From assembly GCA_019115705.1 (NCBI GenBank), contig DXDB01000177.1:3051-67050 (forward strand): a stretch of 64,000 nt of DNA. The letters are read 5' to 3'. How positions within the stretch are numbered: the first letter of the stretch is position 1; each line of letters begins with the position of its first letter. This document shows, one piece after another, positions 20,317 through 30,495 of this stretch. The DNA comes from Candidatus Tetragenococcus pullicola. Lineage in GTDB: Bacteria; Bacillota; Bacilli; Lactobacillales; Enterococcaceae. The notes beneath the pieces were generated by a model that worked only from the letters and a program-made list of their open reading frames with translations, was not told the origin of the DNA and searched no databases. A program made the translations under genes and the position numbers.

Positions 20317-21210
20317 TTACTCTAAATAAGAAACATTCACATTCAATTTTTTCTGTAAATCTTCAAATTTTGGATCTGAAAAAGCCACTTTCTCGCCATT
20401 TGCTTCAATTTCTATATAAGCACTTGCTCCTAAACTAATCAAAAAAGATTTTGTTTCTTCTGGTAGAGTCATTGTATCTTCTGCACCAGGTTCAAATGTT
20501 TTTTGATAGGTGAAATCGTTGGCTCCATTTGGCATCACACCCACCCAGCAACGTCCTTCTTTCCCTTTAAAAGTTAGTTTCAAAGGCTCTTTTACATTAG
20601 TAAGTGTGATTGTTGCTGAATCTGCGGTGGTATCTGAGAGTTTGACAGTCATTTTCTTTTCTTCGGAGCTACTTGTTTCACTTGTTTTTTCAGAAGATGA
20701 AGTTGTCAAACTACTTGTTTGTTCTGTTTCTGTCGTTTGTTTTTGATCAATTGAAATAGAAGTAGCCGTCGTCTGTATCAAAGGAGTAGAATGGCTATCT
20801 TGCCACATCATGTACCCTACGATCATCACAATTGTCAAAGCAATCAACCCTAACAAAATCATAGGTAAAGCATTCAGTACTTTTTTATTACGATCTTTTT
20901 CATCATGTAAAGCCGTTCTTGACCCTTCGACTTTTTCAGGTTCTGGACGCTTGGCAGGTGTTGGTCCCAGACTTTTCTTTCCATCAAGAACTTCCACTAA
21001 AAAGTCACCATCTTCACCAACTACTGTAGCATATTGGCGAATAAACGACCGAATATAATACTCACCAGGCAAACTTTCGAATTGTCCTCGTTCGATAGAT
21101 TCTAAATAGCGTTTTTGAATTTTAGATTTTTGTTGTAATTCATCTAAGCTGATATTTTTATTTAATCGGGCTTTCCGTAATCTTTCCCCAATCAGTATTT
21201 CATTGCCCAC
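20317..21210 (-). CDS. rodZ: RodZ-like cytoskeleton protein (YmfM type)
   Basis: N-terminal XRE-type HTH, a single TM helix, a Ser/Thr/Glu-rich linker and a C-terminal domain. Conserved position after ymfH. Confidence 0.7.
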   Translation of the reverse strand: MGNEILIGERLRKARLNKNISLDELQQKSKIQKRYLESIERGQFESLPGEYYIRSFIRQYATVVGEDGDFLVEVLDGKKSLGPTPAKRPEPEKVEGSRTALHDEKDRNKKVLNALPMILLGLIALTIVMIVGYMMWQDSHSTPLIQTTATSISIDQKQTTETEQTSSLTTSSSEKTSETSSSEEKKMTVKLSDTTADSATITLTNVKEPLKLTFKGKEGRCWVGVMPNGANDFTYQKTFEPGAEDTMTLPEETKSFLISLGASAYIEIEANGEKVAFSDPKFEDLQKKLNVNVSYLE

Positions 21211-21305
21211 TCGTTCATCTACTCCAGTCTATTTAACATATCTAAATTAAGAATACCATAAAATAGGCATTCAAGTTAGGGGAACTTATGACCTTCAAAC
21301 AATTT

Positions 21306-22610
21306 TTAACTTTCTTTTCTTTTTAAGGGTTCAATAAAAAAGGAGCTGATTTTTTCTTCTTTTATCAATTGATCTCCAGCTTTTAACACATCCTTTAATT
21401 GGATGGATGAGATCACTTCTGGTAAGTCAAACAAAGTCCATTCTCCAAATAAACCTTGAGTAAATTGATTGGCGATGTATTCCAACGAATTTAACGATTG
21501 AAAATACTTGCCAAGCATTTTTTTCTTTAATAAGTTCAAGGAATTTTCATTGATTCCCGGATCTTTGGAAAAGTTCAGTAACACTTCTTTGATAGCTTCT
21601 AAAAAGCGTTCTGGCTCATCAGTATCTCCAGAAAAGTCAGCAAAATGAAACCCACGATCCATAGAAAACTCATATCCAAACGAATCATCAAGTACTCCAT
21701 CATTATATAAGCGTAGATAATTTTTGCTTGTATTTCCTAATAATAGTTGCAATAACAAGCTTGTCGCCATTTTAAATTGTAACAGCTCACGGTTATCCTT
21801 TGGTAAATCTTTTTGCAAACCTTTAACGCCAACCACCGCTTTCGGACGTTGAACAGCCATCTGTAAACGCCCGGTTTTTTTAATGGTTGTTTTTTCCTCA
21901 GAAGGAAAATGACGAATGATATCGCGAATAGGTGCAAACTCTTTTGGGTTTTGATTGTCTTTAATCCAAGACAATACTTCTTTAGGATCTACATTTCCCA
22001 CAACAAACAAAGTCATGTTGCTAGGATGATAAAAAGTATGATAGCAGTGATACAAGTCTTCTGCAGTGATTTCAGCAATACTTTCAACCGTTCCAGCAAT
22101 ATCAATATGAAGTGGATGGTCAGGATATAAATTTTGTAAAAGTCCGAAAAACAACCGCCAGTCAGGATCGTCTTGATACATTTGAATCTCTTGACCAATG
22201 ATTCCTTTTTCTTTTTCTACTGTCATCTTAGTAAAATAAGGATCTTGAACAAAATCTACCAAGGTCAATAAGTTTTCTTTAATCTTATCTGTTGCAGAAA
22301 ATAAATAACTCGTTCTTGTAAAACTAGTAAATGCATTGGCAGAAGCACCATTTTTGCCAAACACTTGGAAAACATCTCCTGCTTCTTTTTCAAACATTTT
22401 ATGTTCTAAAAAGTGGGCAATGCCATCTGGTACTTTTTGAATTGTATCTTTTGTGTAACCAAACTCATTGTCGATTGAACCATAATTGGTTGAAAATAAA
22501 CCATATGTTTTATGAAAATCAGGCTTTGGTAAAACAAACACTTTTAATCCATTATCTAGTACTTCCGAATAAAGCGTTTCATCAATTTGTTCATAACGTA
22601 TCTTTCTCAT
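21306..22610 (-). CDS. ymfH: M16-family zinc peptidase-like protein (YmfH/YfmH type)
   Basis: HFLEH (HxxEH) inverted zinc motif. 434 aa, 4-nt overlap with the upstream M16 partner. Confidence 0.85.
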   Translation of the reverse strand: MRKIRYEQIDETLYSEVLDNGLKVFVLPKPDFHKTYGLFSTNYGSIDNEFGYTKDTIQKVPDGIAHFLEHKMFEKEAGDVFQVFGKNGASANAFTSFTRTSYLFSATDKIKENLLTLVDFVQDPYFTKMTVEKEKGIIGQEIQMYQDDPDWRLFFGLLQNLYPDHPLHIDIAGTVESIAEITAEDLYHCYHTFYHPSNMTLFVVGNVDPKEVLSWIKDNQNPKEFAPIRDIIRHFPSEEKTTIKKTGRLQMAVQRPKAVVGVKGLQKDLPKDNRELLQFKMATSLLLQLLLGNTSKNYLRLYNDGVLDDSFGYEFSMDRGFHFADFSGDTDEPERFLEAIKEVLLNFSKDPGINENSLNLLKKKMLGKYFQSLNSLEYIANQFTQGLFGEWTLFDLPEVISSIQLKDVLKAGDQLIKEEKISSFFIEPLKRKES

Positions 22611-23872
22611 TTTTTGCCCTCCGCATCCAAAAAGAAGATTGCTTGTAAACTAATTTTTTTGGCTAGTTGTTGCACGTCTTCTTTGGTTACATTTTGTAAA
22701 CGACTTAGAAACTCTTCTTCATCATCTACTACTTCTGGCAGCCATGTGTTCAAATAGGCCCGTTCAATTAATGACTGAGCATTATCTAAGGAAAGCAGAT
22801 AGTCATTTTTTAGCATTGTTTTTGTTTGCTCTAATTCAACCTCAGTAAAGTCTCCTTGACGAATACTTTCTAACTGTTGGTTAATCAAGGCTAAAACTTT
22901 CTCTTTATTCTTACCATCAATTCCCGTTTGAACAGTCATGAATCCTCGAAAAGAATCAAAACTACTTGAGGCATAATAAGCAAGACTCTCTTTTTCACGT
23001 ACATTTAAAAATAATTTTGAATGAGGATAACCTCCAAATAGACCATTGAACACCATCAGGCTTAATCTTTGATCATCATCATAATACGTATTCGTTTGAT
23101 ACCCTAGATTTAGTTTTGCTTGCATGACATCTTCATATTTTGTTTTTTTCTTAACAGAAAAGACAGGATCTTGATGATAAAACATTTTAATCTCTGCCCG
23201 TTGTGTCTGTGGAAAAACCCATTCTTTAAAAGCAGTTTTTACTTGTGCTTCTGTAATATCTCCTACAACAAAAATATCCACTTGATCATTAGCTAACATT
23301 TCTTGGTAAGTCTCAACTAGCTCTTCGTTTGTCACCTTTTCCATATCCTCAACAGTACCAAAACTAGGAGTTTTTTGATTGTCATCTTGATCAAAATAAA
23401 GAGATTGAATATTTAAAGAAGCCAGTGCTTGCTTATCTTCTTCAACACTTTTTAAATAAGCAATTGTATTGGCTTTTTCTAGCTTAAAAGTCGTACCATC
23501 AAACTGGTTTTCTTTTATATTTGGATAAAACAAGATACTATGCAAAAACTCGATTCCTTGATTAAAAATTTGTTCTTCTCCAATATATTTTCCATTAACA
23601 AAAGATAACAACATATTAATTTGGTGGATATTTCCTTTTTTCCCAACATCCATTCCAAAAGAGGCGCCGTACAAGTCTGCTAATTTGGTACTCAATGCAG
23701 TTTGACTCGGATAATGAAGACTATTTGTTTCTAAAAGACTCGTCAGTAGAGTTCGTTTACTTGCACTTGTTTTATTGTGCCGAGTAGAAAAGCGTAAGAA
23801 AATCCGTGTCGTCTTATATTTATCTGTGGAAATCAAATGGAGTCGCACACCCGATTGTAATTGTATGGTCAT
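22607..23872 (-). CDS. ymfF: M16-family peptidase-like protein, non-catalytic partner (YmfF/YfmF type)
   Basis: M16 fold-like sequence without HxxEH. Start at ATG 23872 (AGGAGG 6 nt upstream); the ORF-track start at 23956 is unlikely. Confidence 0.8.
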   Translation of the reverse strand: MTIQLQSGVRLHLISTDKYKTTRIFLRFSTRHNKTSASKRTLLTSLLETNSLHYPSQTALSTKLADLYGASFGMDVGKKGNIHQINMLLSFVNGKYIGEEQIFNQGIEFLHSILFYPNIKENQFDGTTFKLEKANTIAYLKSVEEDKQALASLNIQSLYFDQDDNQKTPSFGTVEDMEKVTNEELVETYQEMLANDQVDIFVVGDITEAQVKTAFKEWVFPQTQRAEIKMFYHQDPVFSVKKKTKYEDVMQAKLNLGYQTNTYYDDDQRLSLMVFNGLFGGYPHSKLFLNVREKESLAYYASSSFDSFRGFMTVQTGIDGKNKEKVLALINQQLESIRQGDFTEVELEQTKTMLKNDYLLSLDNAQSLIERAYLNTWLPEVVDDEEEFLSRLQNVTKEDVQQLAKKISLQAIFFLDAEGKK

Positions 23873-24101
23873 ACTATTCCTCCTAGTTCTTTTATTCGCT
23901 GTTTTATTATAACATACCACTACCCAAGCATGAGTATATTTGTAAAGATCATACAAAATATTTGAATGAAAAAAATCATCTACTTTCTGAAAAGTACGTA
24001 AACAAAATTAACACACTTCTTGCAAGGCAGAATTGTTTAATTTTTTTCTAAGCTCCGTTATACTATTTCTAAAAGAAAAAGAATTTAGGAGGAATTTTTA
24101 A

Positions 24102-24572
24102 ATGAAAAAAATGTTGGCAGAGTTTAAAGAATTTATTGCAGGAGGAGATGTCGTTGATTTAGCCGTTGGGGTGGTTATCGGCAGTGCCTTTACTGCAATT
24201 GTTAACCAAGTAGTCGAAGGTTTGATTACGCCTTTAATTGGTTGGGTTGTAGCAGCAATCACTGGTTCTAATGATTTAGAAAGTTCTCTTTCTATTCTTG
24301 ATGTTTCCCCGACAGCCGGAGTTGTTTTTAAATTTGGCGATGTGATCAGTGCTCTTATTACATTTATTATTACGGGATTTGTCCTCTTTTTAGTTGTCAA
24401 AGGTGTCAATAATATGAAAAACTTCCATAAAGCACCCGAGGAAGAAGAAGCTGTTGAAACAGCTGAAGATTATTTGTCGGAAATCCGTGATCTTTTACGT
24501 CTTCAACAAGGACTTCCTGTTGAACAAGAATCAGACGAAACGAGTGACGCTCCAGAGGAATCAGACGTTTAA
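24102..24572 (+). CDS. mscL: large-conductance mechanosensitive channel with an acidic C-terminal tail
   Basis: EFKEFIAGGDVVDLAVGVVIGSAFTAIV N-terminus. 156 aa. Confidence 0.9.
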   Translation: MKKMLAEFKEFIAGGDVVDLAVGVVIGSAFTAIVNQVVEGLITPLIGWVVAAITGSNDLESSLSILDVSPTAGVVFKFGDVISALITFIITGFVLFLVVKGVNNMKNFHKAPEEEEAVETAEDYLSEIRDLLRLQQGLPVEQESDETSDAPEESDV

Positions 24573-24601
24573 TAACGAATTAGTCCTTTTAATAGGTCAC
24601 T

Positions 24602-24646
24602 AAAAAAGCCCTGATTTTCTATTTCTTGAAAATCAGGACTTTTTAT
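24602..24646 (+). terminator. intrinsic terminator after mscL
   Basis: CCTGATTTT, 10 nt, AAAATCAGG followed by ACTTTTT. Confidence 0.8.
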
Positions 24647-24691
24647 TATATTCCCTTTATTTGCCATTTAACTTCTACAGCGGGACAAATC

Positions 24692-25129
24692 TTAAGGCCA
24701 AGTTTTTTTCATTTCAATATGTTTGATACCATCTTCTAAATACACACTAGAACTTTCTTGAAATCCAAAAGATCCATAGAAATGACGTAAATAATACTGC
24801 GCGCTAATCAAAATACTTTGATTTGGCTTATTTTTCCTGACCCATTGCAAAACCTCATCAAGCAATTTTTTTCCTAACCCTTGATGACGACTCGCTTGTT
24901 CCACTAAAACTCTCCCAAAGTGAACATGCCCGTCTTCTTCGTAAACACGAGCATAAGCAACTGGTCTCCCTTCTTCTTCTAACCACAAATGCATGGCTTG
25001 TAAATCAATTGCATCCACTTCTTGATAGGGACAGTTTTGTTCCACTACAAAAACAGCGACACGTAGGAAAAGAAGTTGGTGGTATTCTTTGGTGTTTAAT
25101 TCATTAAAAGCCTTTATTTTCACCTGCAT
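24692..25129 (-). CDS. GNAT-family N-acetyltransferase (ElaA-like)
   Basis: RHQGLGKKLL acetyl-CoA-binding motif. Start set at ATG 25129 (MQVKIKAF). Confidence 0.8.
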   Translation of the reverse strand: MQVKIKAFNELNTKEYHQLLFLRVAVFVVEQNCPYQEVDAIDLQAMHLWLEEEGRPVAYARVYEEDGHVHFGRVLVEQASRHQGLGKKLLDEVLQWVRKNKPNQSILISAQYYLRHFYGSFGFQESSSVYLEDGIKHIEMKKTWP

Positions 25130-25201
25130 AAGCCTGCCTTCTTTCTTCTTTCTCCACGAAAAAAGAGCTCGCACTTAGCTAAGCTCTTTGATATCCATTG
25201 A

Positions 25202-25447
25202 TTATACAGCTTCAGATAAAAATTCGATTTCTACTGTCTTTGTCAATACATCTGAGTAACTGTAGGACACCCGTTCAAATGAGTTTTCTTCTTGATCAAG
25301 ATCCACTACAAAAACAGCGGGATATGTTTCTGTCAAAATACCACGTCGTTCTGTCTGGCGTTTTCTTCCGGTCTGAGCAACTAGCATGATTTCACTACCA
25401 ATACGACCTTCCAAGTCTTTCTTGATCGATGCTAAAGTAATTGGCAT
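25202..25447 (-). CDS. veg: Veg protein
   Basis: MPITLASIKKDLEGRIGSEI...GILTETYPAVFVV matches the Veg family. GAGGTG SD precedes ATG 25447. Confidence 0.85.
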   Translation of the reverse strand: MPITLASIKKDLEGRIGSEIMLVAQTGRKRQTERRGILTETYPAVFVVDLDQEENSFERVSYSYSDVLTKTVEIEFLSEAV

Positions 25448-25656
25448 GGCATTCACCTCATTTTCCACCTTATCACATTTTTCAGAAAATTTCAAGTTTA
25501 CCATAAAATAATATGAAATTCAACATAAAATATTGATCATTAGTGCACATACTTTTTTCAAATATTACAATTCCCAGACGAATCAATCGCTTCCTTACAA
25601 AATTGCCTCGTTGAAAAATACTTATGTGCTACAAAAGCGAAATGGTGAACCTCTTG

Positions 25657-25727
25657 CTTGAAACTTGGCCATCCTGAGATCACGACTTAAGTTGTTCCAC
25701 AGCTGACAATAGCAGAAACATTCGTGT
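25657..25727. repeat. conserved non-coding element, copy A (core 25697-25727)
   Basis: Core CCACAGCTGACAATAGCAGAAACATTCGTGT is 28/31 identical to 54489-54519, and a CTTGAAA...GGCC flank is shared. It lies in a 460-bp gap without ORFs. Confidence 0.7.
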
Positions 25728-25909
25728 CTGTAGTTCTGAAATTTTATCGGTAACAGGTACTTGAATCAACTTATTTTGGTCCTATCTAAAAATAATTTCT
25801 AGCAAGTTTTTTCTTTATATTTACAAAGGTATTGCCCACTATCAACACTATCTACATAACTTTCTTTTAAACTTATTTGTCTAGCTGTATTCTCAAGACG
25901 AAAAATCTG

Positions 25910-26476
25910 TTAGTACGTATGAAAATCTAAAAACAATTTACTCCTTGCCCGACTACGTGCCCGCTGTAATTTTAGCTTTTCATCCTCTCTATCTCTTGGA
26001 TACTCTTGTTTCTCTTCCTTAATTAAACAAGAGTACAATGCTTCTTGCTCCAAATCAGATAAATTATAGGCACTTTCTTCAATTGTTTCTTTAAGCAACA
26101 ATTGTTTCAAAGGGTCACTTTCACTAATTAGAGGATTCAACCTGGTTCTTTCCATGCTATTTACGTAATAATCAAGAGAGAGAGTATGTATATTGCTTTT
26201 CCGCCGAAACGATTGCTGTTTTCTGAGACAACTTCTGATATAGTTACGAAAACAAACTTTAAAATACTTCCCTAATGTCACTTCAAAGGCATCATTGAAC
26301 AGTAACACGCAACGATGAAAAACGATAAAGCCGACTTGTAACCAATCATCTTCATCATAAGTATTGACATCGTACTTTCTTTTTAAGCTATAAACTACAG
26401 GATGATAATAAAGATATAATTCTTTTAACGCATACCCATCCCCTAACTTTGCCTTTTTTAACAATTCTTCTTTCAA
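25910..26476 (-). CDS. sigH: SigH/ComX-like alternative sigma factor
   Basis: 188-aa sigma-70 region 2/4-like protein in the conserved position after cysS-mrnC-rlmB-yacP. The sequence is divergent, so the family call rests largely on synteny. Confidence 0.65.
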   Translation of the reverse strand: MKEELLKKAKLGDGYALKELYLYYHPVVYSLKRKYDVNTYDEDDWLQVGFIVFHRCVLLFNDAFEVTLGKYFKVCFRNYIRSCLRKQQSFRRKSNIHTLSLDYYVNSMERTRLNPLISESDPLKQLLLKETIEESAYNLSDLEQEALYSCLIKEEKQEYPRDREDEKLKLQRARSRARSKLFLDFHTY

Positions 26477-26571
26477 CTAAAAAACCCCTTTCAACTAGTT
26501 TGAACAAAAAGAGCATACCACAAAAAGAAAGCCAATGTTCTCATTTGATTGATCAAAAGTTCACTATTAGT

Positions 26572-26610
26572 AAAAACCTTAGTAACGCCTATCGTTACTA
26601 AGGTTTCTTT
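26572..26610 (-). terminator. intrinsic terminator after yacP
   Basis: AAACCTTAGTAACG, 5 nt, CGTTACTAAGGTTT plus a T-run on the minus strand. Confidence 0.8.
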
Positions 26611-26618
26611 TCATAATT

Positions 26619-27146
26619 TTAGTCATTTTGACTTAATTCTCTTAACTTTTCTTCAAGGTTTTGTAATTGTTCTACATTCCATGGGGAGTTCCGACGAAAT
26701 TGACTAAATTGAATATCTTCTTGATGCTGATGAATCGTTTTTTCCGTTTTTTGAACATTTTTATACAATTCTCGAGCAGATGTCCGTAAGGCTCCTTGAG
26801 AAAAGATAACCCATTGTTCAGCTAAATCACTGGTAGCAACAGTCACTTGTGTCAATATCGTATTTAATTCCCCTGCCACTCGTTCAATGTAACTATCTGC
26901 AGTTTCTCCTTCTTCTGTAAAAACAACTTCGAGTTCATATTTATCATAGCTTTTGGTAATTCCTGGAACAAATTGGGCATCAAATACAACAATAATCGGT
27001 AATCCCTCATATTTTGCAAAATTTGAGAGTCGTTGTAAAAGAAGTTCGCGTGCATCCTCCAAATTGTCCTGATTCTTTAATTTAACTAACTCAGGCCAAG
27101 CACCAATCATATTATACCCATCCACAATTAAGAGAGGCTTTTTCAT
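26619..27146 (-). CDS. yacP: NYN-domain ribonuclease YacP/Rae1
   Basis: LLIVDGYNMIGAWPEL N-terminus. 175 aa, 4-nt overlap with rlmB. Confidence 0.85.
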   Translation of the reverse strand: MKKPLLIVDGYNMIGAWPELVKLKNQDNLEDARELLLQRLSNFAKYEGLPIIVVFDAQFVPGITKSYDKYELEVVFTEEGETADSYIERVAGELNTILTQVTVATSDLAEQWVIFSQGALRTSARELYKNVQKTEKTIHQHQEDIQFSQFRRNSPWNVEQLQNLEEKLRELSQND

Positions 27147-27937
27147 CGCGCTCCCTCATTTCGCTGGTAAAAGGCTTCATACATTAATAATCCTGCCGCC
27201 ACAGATGCATTTAAGCTTTGAACATGTCCTGTCATTGGGATCGTCAATAGTTCATCTACCTCTTTTTTGATTCCCTTACTCATCCCTTGGCCCTCATTTC
27301 CAATAATCAAACAAATGGCGCCTTTTGCTTTCCAGTTACGATAGGGCGTTCCTTTCATATCAGTACCAAAAATCCAGAAATTATTTTCTTTGAGTGTTTT
27401 AATAGCTTGGCTAAGATTTGTAACTCGGGCCACTGGAATATGTTCTAGTGCACCAGTGGAGGTTTTAGCAACCACTGAGGTAATGCCTACGGAACGATGT
27501 TTGGGAATGATTACGCCATCGACACCACTAGCATCTGCTGTACGTAAAATAGAGCCAAAATTATGGGGATCTTCTAAGTTATCAAGCATTAAAAAGAAAG
27601 GTTCAGCTTTACTTTGTACTAATAATTCCTCTAATTCCAGATAGCGATACGGAGTAATAGCCAAGACAAAGCCTTGATGAACCCCATGATTACTTAACGT
27701 ATCAAGTTTTTGTTTAGGTACCCACTTTACCGGTACCGCATTTGTCGCTGCCAATTCTTTTAGTTGATCAACTTTTTCATTTCTGGCATCCTCTGCAATA
27801 AATAGTTTATTCCCTCGGCCTTCTTTTAAAGCCTCTACTACTGCATGATGGCCAAAAACAAAATTTTCATCCATTTCTGCTGTTTTTCGTTTTGTTTCAC
27901 GTGAAACATTTTTAGCTTTATTTTTCATTTTTTTCAC
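27143..27937 (-). CDS. rlmB: 23S rRNA (guanosine-2'-O)-methyltransferase, SpoU/TrmH family
   Basis: SPOUT motifs ([35 protein letters not shown]) and conserved operon position. Confidence 0.9.
   Translation of the reverse strand: MKKMKNKAKNVSRETKRKTAEMDENFVFGHHAVVEALKEGRGNKLFIAEDARNEKVDQLKELAATNAVPVKWVPKQKLDTLSNHGVHQGFVLAITPYRYLELEELLVQSKAEPFFLMLDNLEDPHNFGSILRTADASGVDGVIIPKHRSVGITSVVAKTSTGALEHIPVARVTNLSQAIKTLKENNFWIFGTDMKGTPYRNWKAKGAICLIIGNEGQGMSKGIKKEVDELLTIPMTGHVQSLNASVAAGLLMYEAFYQRNEGAR
27893..27908. other. parS site (ParB/Spo0J binding) inside rlmB coding sequence
   Basis: TGTTTCACGTGAAACA is a perfect 16-bp palindrome and an exact match to TGTTNCACGTGAAACA. Confidence 0.8.
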
Positions 27938-28316
27938 CCACTTTCCTGATACACCACTGAATCAACTCTTCCATGCGCATTGTCTGTTCGGTCAAATGAA
28001 GATAACCCATCAATGCCTCAAAGCCAGTTGACATACGATAGGTCATGATATCAGCATTTTTGGCACTGGTATGACTCTTGCTATTGCGTCCACGGCGATA
28101 AAACTCTTCTTCTTCCGGCGTTAATTTATTTTCCTTCAGCAAAGCATCAATCAAAAACGCTTGTGCTTTTGCTGAAACATAGTGTGTCGCTAAATGATGC
28201 AACTGATTCGGTCGAGTATTCCCTAGGGAAACAAGGTAATCACGAATATAGATTTCATAAATAGCATCGCCCACATAAGCCAAAGCAAGACCGTTTAACT
28301 GTCGGTAATCCTTCAT
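27918..28316 (-). CDS. mrnC: mini-ribonuclease III
   Basis: [19 protein letters not shown] motif. Start set at ATG 28316 (AGGAG 8 nt upstream), 12 nt after the cysS stop. Confidence 0.85.
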   Translation of the reverse strand: MKDYRQLNGLALAYVGDAIYEIYIRDYLVSLGNTRPNQLHHLATHYVSAKAQAFLIDALLKENKLTPEEEEFYRRGRNSKSHTSAKNADIMTYRMSTGFEALMGYLHLTEQTMRMEELIQWCIRKVGEKNEK

Positions 28317-28327
28317 ACTAAATTCTC

Positions 28328-29731
28328 CTATTCTCTTTTCCATCGCGTTCCTTGCGGTGTATCTTCTAAAATTACCCCTTGTTCTTTCAACGAATTACGG
28401 ATCTCGTCGCTTCGAGCAAAGTTCCGTTCTTTTCGTGCTTTTTCACGTGCTGCAATCAAAGCTTCGACTTCCTCGTCTGTTGTATTGTTCTCAAAAATGA
28501 TTCCGAAAATTTCCAACTGTTCACTCAATTGTTCTATCGCCATTTGCAGCACCACTTTTGATACCTGTTCTTTTTCAAGATAACGGTTGATCCACTTAGC
28601 AAATTCATAAAGAACAGTCATTGCGTTAGCAGCATTAAAGTCATCATCCATCTCTTTTATGAAACGTGCTTTCAACTTTTCCAGGACAGCCAAATTTTCA
28701 GCATCATTGGATAACTCTTCAAGTGCTTCTTTTAAACGAAATTGGACATTTTCATACGTGTTTTTTAGACGATGTAAATTACTTTCCGCTTCTTTTAACG
28801 TCACTTCACTATAACGAAGTGGTCGACGATACTGTGTTGTTGCTAGGAAAAATCGTAAAACTTGCGGGTCGACTCTTTGAATCAAGTCATGAACAGTCAC
28901 GAAATTACCGAGGGATTTACTCATCTTTTCATCGGTTTCACCGATTGTCACATAGCCGTTGTGCATCCAATAATTGGCGAAGGTTTCCCCTGTCTTTGCT
29001 TCACTTTGAGCGATTTCATTCTCATGGTGAGGAAACTCTAGGTCTTGTCCACCCCCGTGAATATCGATGGTATTACCGAGTAATTTCGTAGCCATTACCG
29101 AGCATTCAATATGCCATCCCGGACGTCCTTTTCCCCAAGGAGAATCCCAAGAAATTTCATCTTTTTTGGCTGCTTTCCATAAAGCAAAATCAAGCGGATC
29201 TTCTTTTTTTTGCTGCTCAACTCCCGTCCGTTGACTAGCACCGATTTCTAATTCATCAATCGATTGATCACTTAACTGACCATATTCTTTAAACTTTCTC
29301 GTACGATAGTAAACATCGCCATCTGCCTCATAGGCAAATCCTTTTTGAATCAAAACTTCGATAAAAGAAAGGATATCTGCAATATGATCCATCACACGAG
29401 GATGCTCTCCTTCTTTGACATGAAGCGCTGTCGTATCTTCTTCAAAAGCTTTGATAAAACGGTTTGCTACTTCAGGTGCTGTGGTCTCTAGTTCTTTAGC
29501 AGCACGAATGATTTTATCATCCACATCAGTAAAGTTGGAGACATAATGAACGTTATAGCCACGGTATTCAAAATAGCGTCGAATGGTATCAAAGGCGACC
29601 GTACTGCGCCCATTACCAATATGAATATAATTATAAACAGTTGGCCCACAAACATACATGCGGATCTTTCCTGCTTCAATTGGATGAAATACTTCTTTTT
29701 TCCTTGTCAATGTATTGTAAATTTTAATCAT
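28328..29731 (-). CDS. cysS: cysteinyl-tRNA synthetase
   Basis: Class I HIGN and KMSKS motifs. 467 aa. Confidence 0.97.
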   Translation of the reverse strand: MIKIYNTLTRKKEVFHPIEAGKIRMYVCGPTVYNYIHIGNGRSTVAFDTIRRYFEYRGYNVHYVSNFTDVDDKIIRAAKELETTAPEVANRFIKAFEEDTTALHVKEGEHPRVMDHIADILSFIEVLIQKGFAYEADGDVYYRTRKFKEYGQLSDQSIDELEIGASQRTGVEQQKKEDPLDFALWKAAKKDEISWDSPWGKGRPGWHIECSVMATKLLGNTIDIHGGGQDLEFPHHENEIAQSEAKTGETFANYWMHNGYVTIGETDEKMSKSLGNFVTVHDLIQRVDPQVLRFFLATTQYRRPLRYSEVTLKEAESNLHRLKNTYENVQFRLKEALEELSNDAENLAVLEKLKARFIKEMDDDFNAANAMTVLYEFAKWINRYLEKEQVSKVVLQMAIEQLSEQLEIFGIIFENNTTDEEVEALIAAREKARKERNFARSDEIRNSLKEQGVILEDTPQGTRWKRE

Positions 29732-30255
29732 GTCACTTTCCTCCCTTTGATACGAACAACTTTAGCTGGGACCCCTACAGCAGTGGCAGCCTCGGGAATA
29801 TCTTCTAAAACAACAGCACCAGCACCAACTTTCGCATCAGCTCCAATGGTAATAGGCCCTAAAATTTGTGCATGTGCGGATAGTAAAACACCCGTTTCAA
29901 TCGTTGGATGTCTCTTCTTTTTTTCTTTTCCGGTCCCACCAAGTGTCACGCCGTGGTACATGACCACATCATCTTTAATGATTGCCGTCTCACCGATTAC
30001 AACGCCCATGCCATGATCAATAAAAACACCTTGTCCAATCACAGCGCCAGGATGAATTTCGATTCCTGTGATAAAGCGCCAAAATTGTGCATTAACTTTA
30101 GCCAACAAATACCAATGATGTTGGTACAAAAAATGTGAGAAACGATGCCAAAACAAGGCATGTACTCCAGAATTCGTTAAAATGATTTCGGCTGTTGAAT
30201 GTACAGACGGATCATTTTCTTTCGCTGCTTCAATTGCTTTTTTCCACCAGCCCAT
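29728..30255 (-). CDS. cysE: serine O-acetyltransferase
   Basis: Hexapeptide-repeat acyltransferase ([26 protein letters not shown]) with a 4-nt overlap with cysS. Confidence 0.9.
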   Translation of the reverse strand: MGWWKKAIEAAKENDPSVHSTAEIILTNSGVHALFWHRFSHFLYQHHWYLLAKVNAQFWRFITGIEIHPGAVIGQGVFIDHGMGVVIGETAIIKDDVVMYHGVTLGGTGKEKKKRHPTIETGVLLSAHAQILGPITIGADAKVGAGAVVLEDIPEAATAVGVPAKVVRIKGRKVT

Positions 30256-30261
30256 GTCTTA

Positions 30262-30480
30262 TCCCTTCTTTCAAAAGCAAAAACGCATCTTCTAACTAAT
30301 CGATTAGTTAAAAGACGCGTTTGGCGTGGTTCCACTTTTATTTGCAGAAATGTTTTCTGCCTTATTACTAGCTTAACGCGCCAGTTTCGTCTTTGATTTT
30401 TTCAAAGCCACTCCCAGATGCATTTCCAAGTTCCTTTTGATTGCTTTCAGCTAGTGCAACCTCTCTGTGAAAATTTCCTT
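30262..30480 (-). promoter_or_regulatory. T-box riboswitch leader, Cys specifier (UGC)
   Basis: The minus strand shows AGAGAGG stem I, GAAAUGCA specifier context, T-box AAAGUGGAACCACGCC and a long terminator ACGCGTCTTTTAACTAATC/GATTAGTTAGAAGATGCGT plus TTTTT. UGGA in the T-box bulge would pair with the UCCA end of tRNA-Cys (U73). Confidence 0.75.
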
Positions 30481-30495
30481 GTACTTCGTCTGTTC

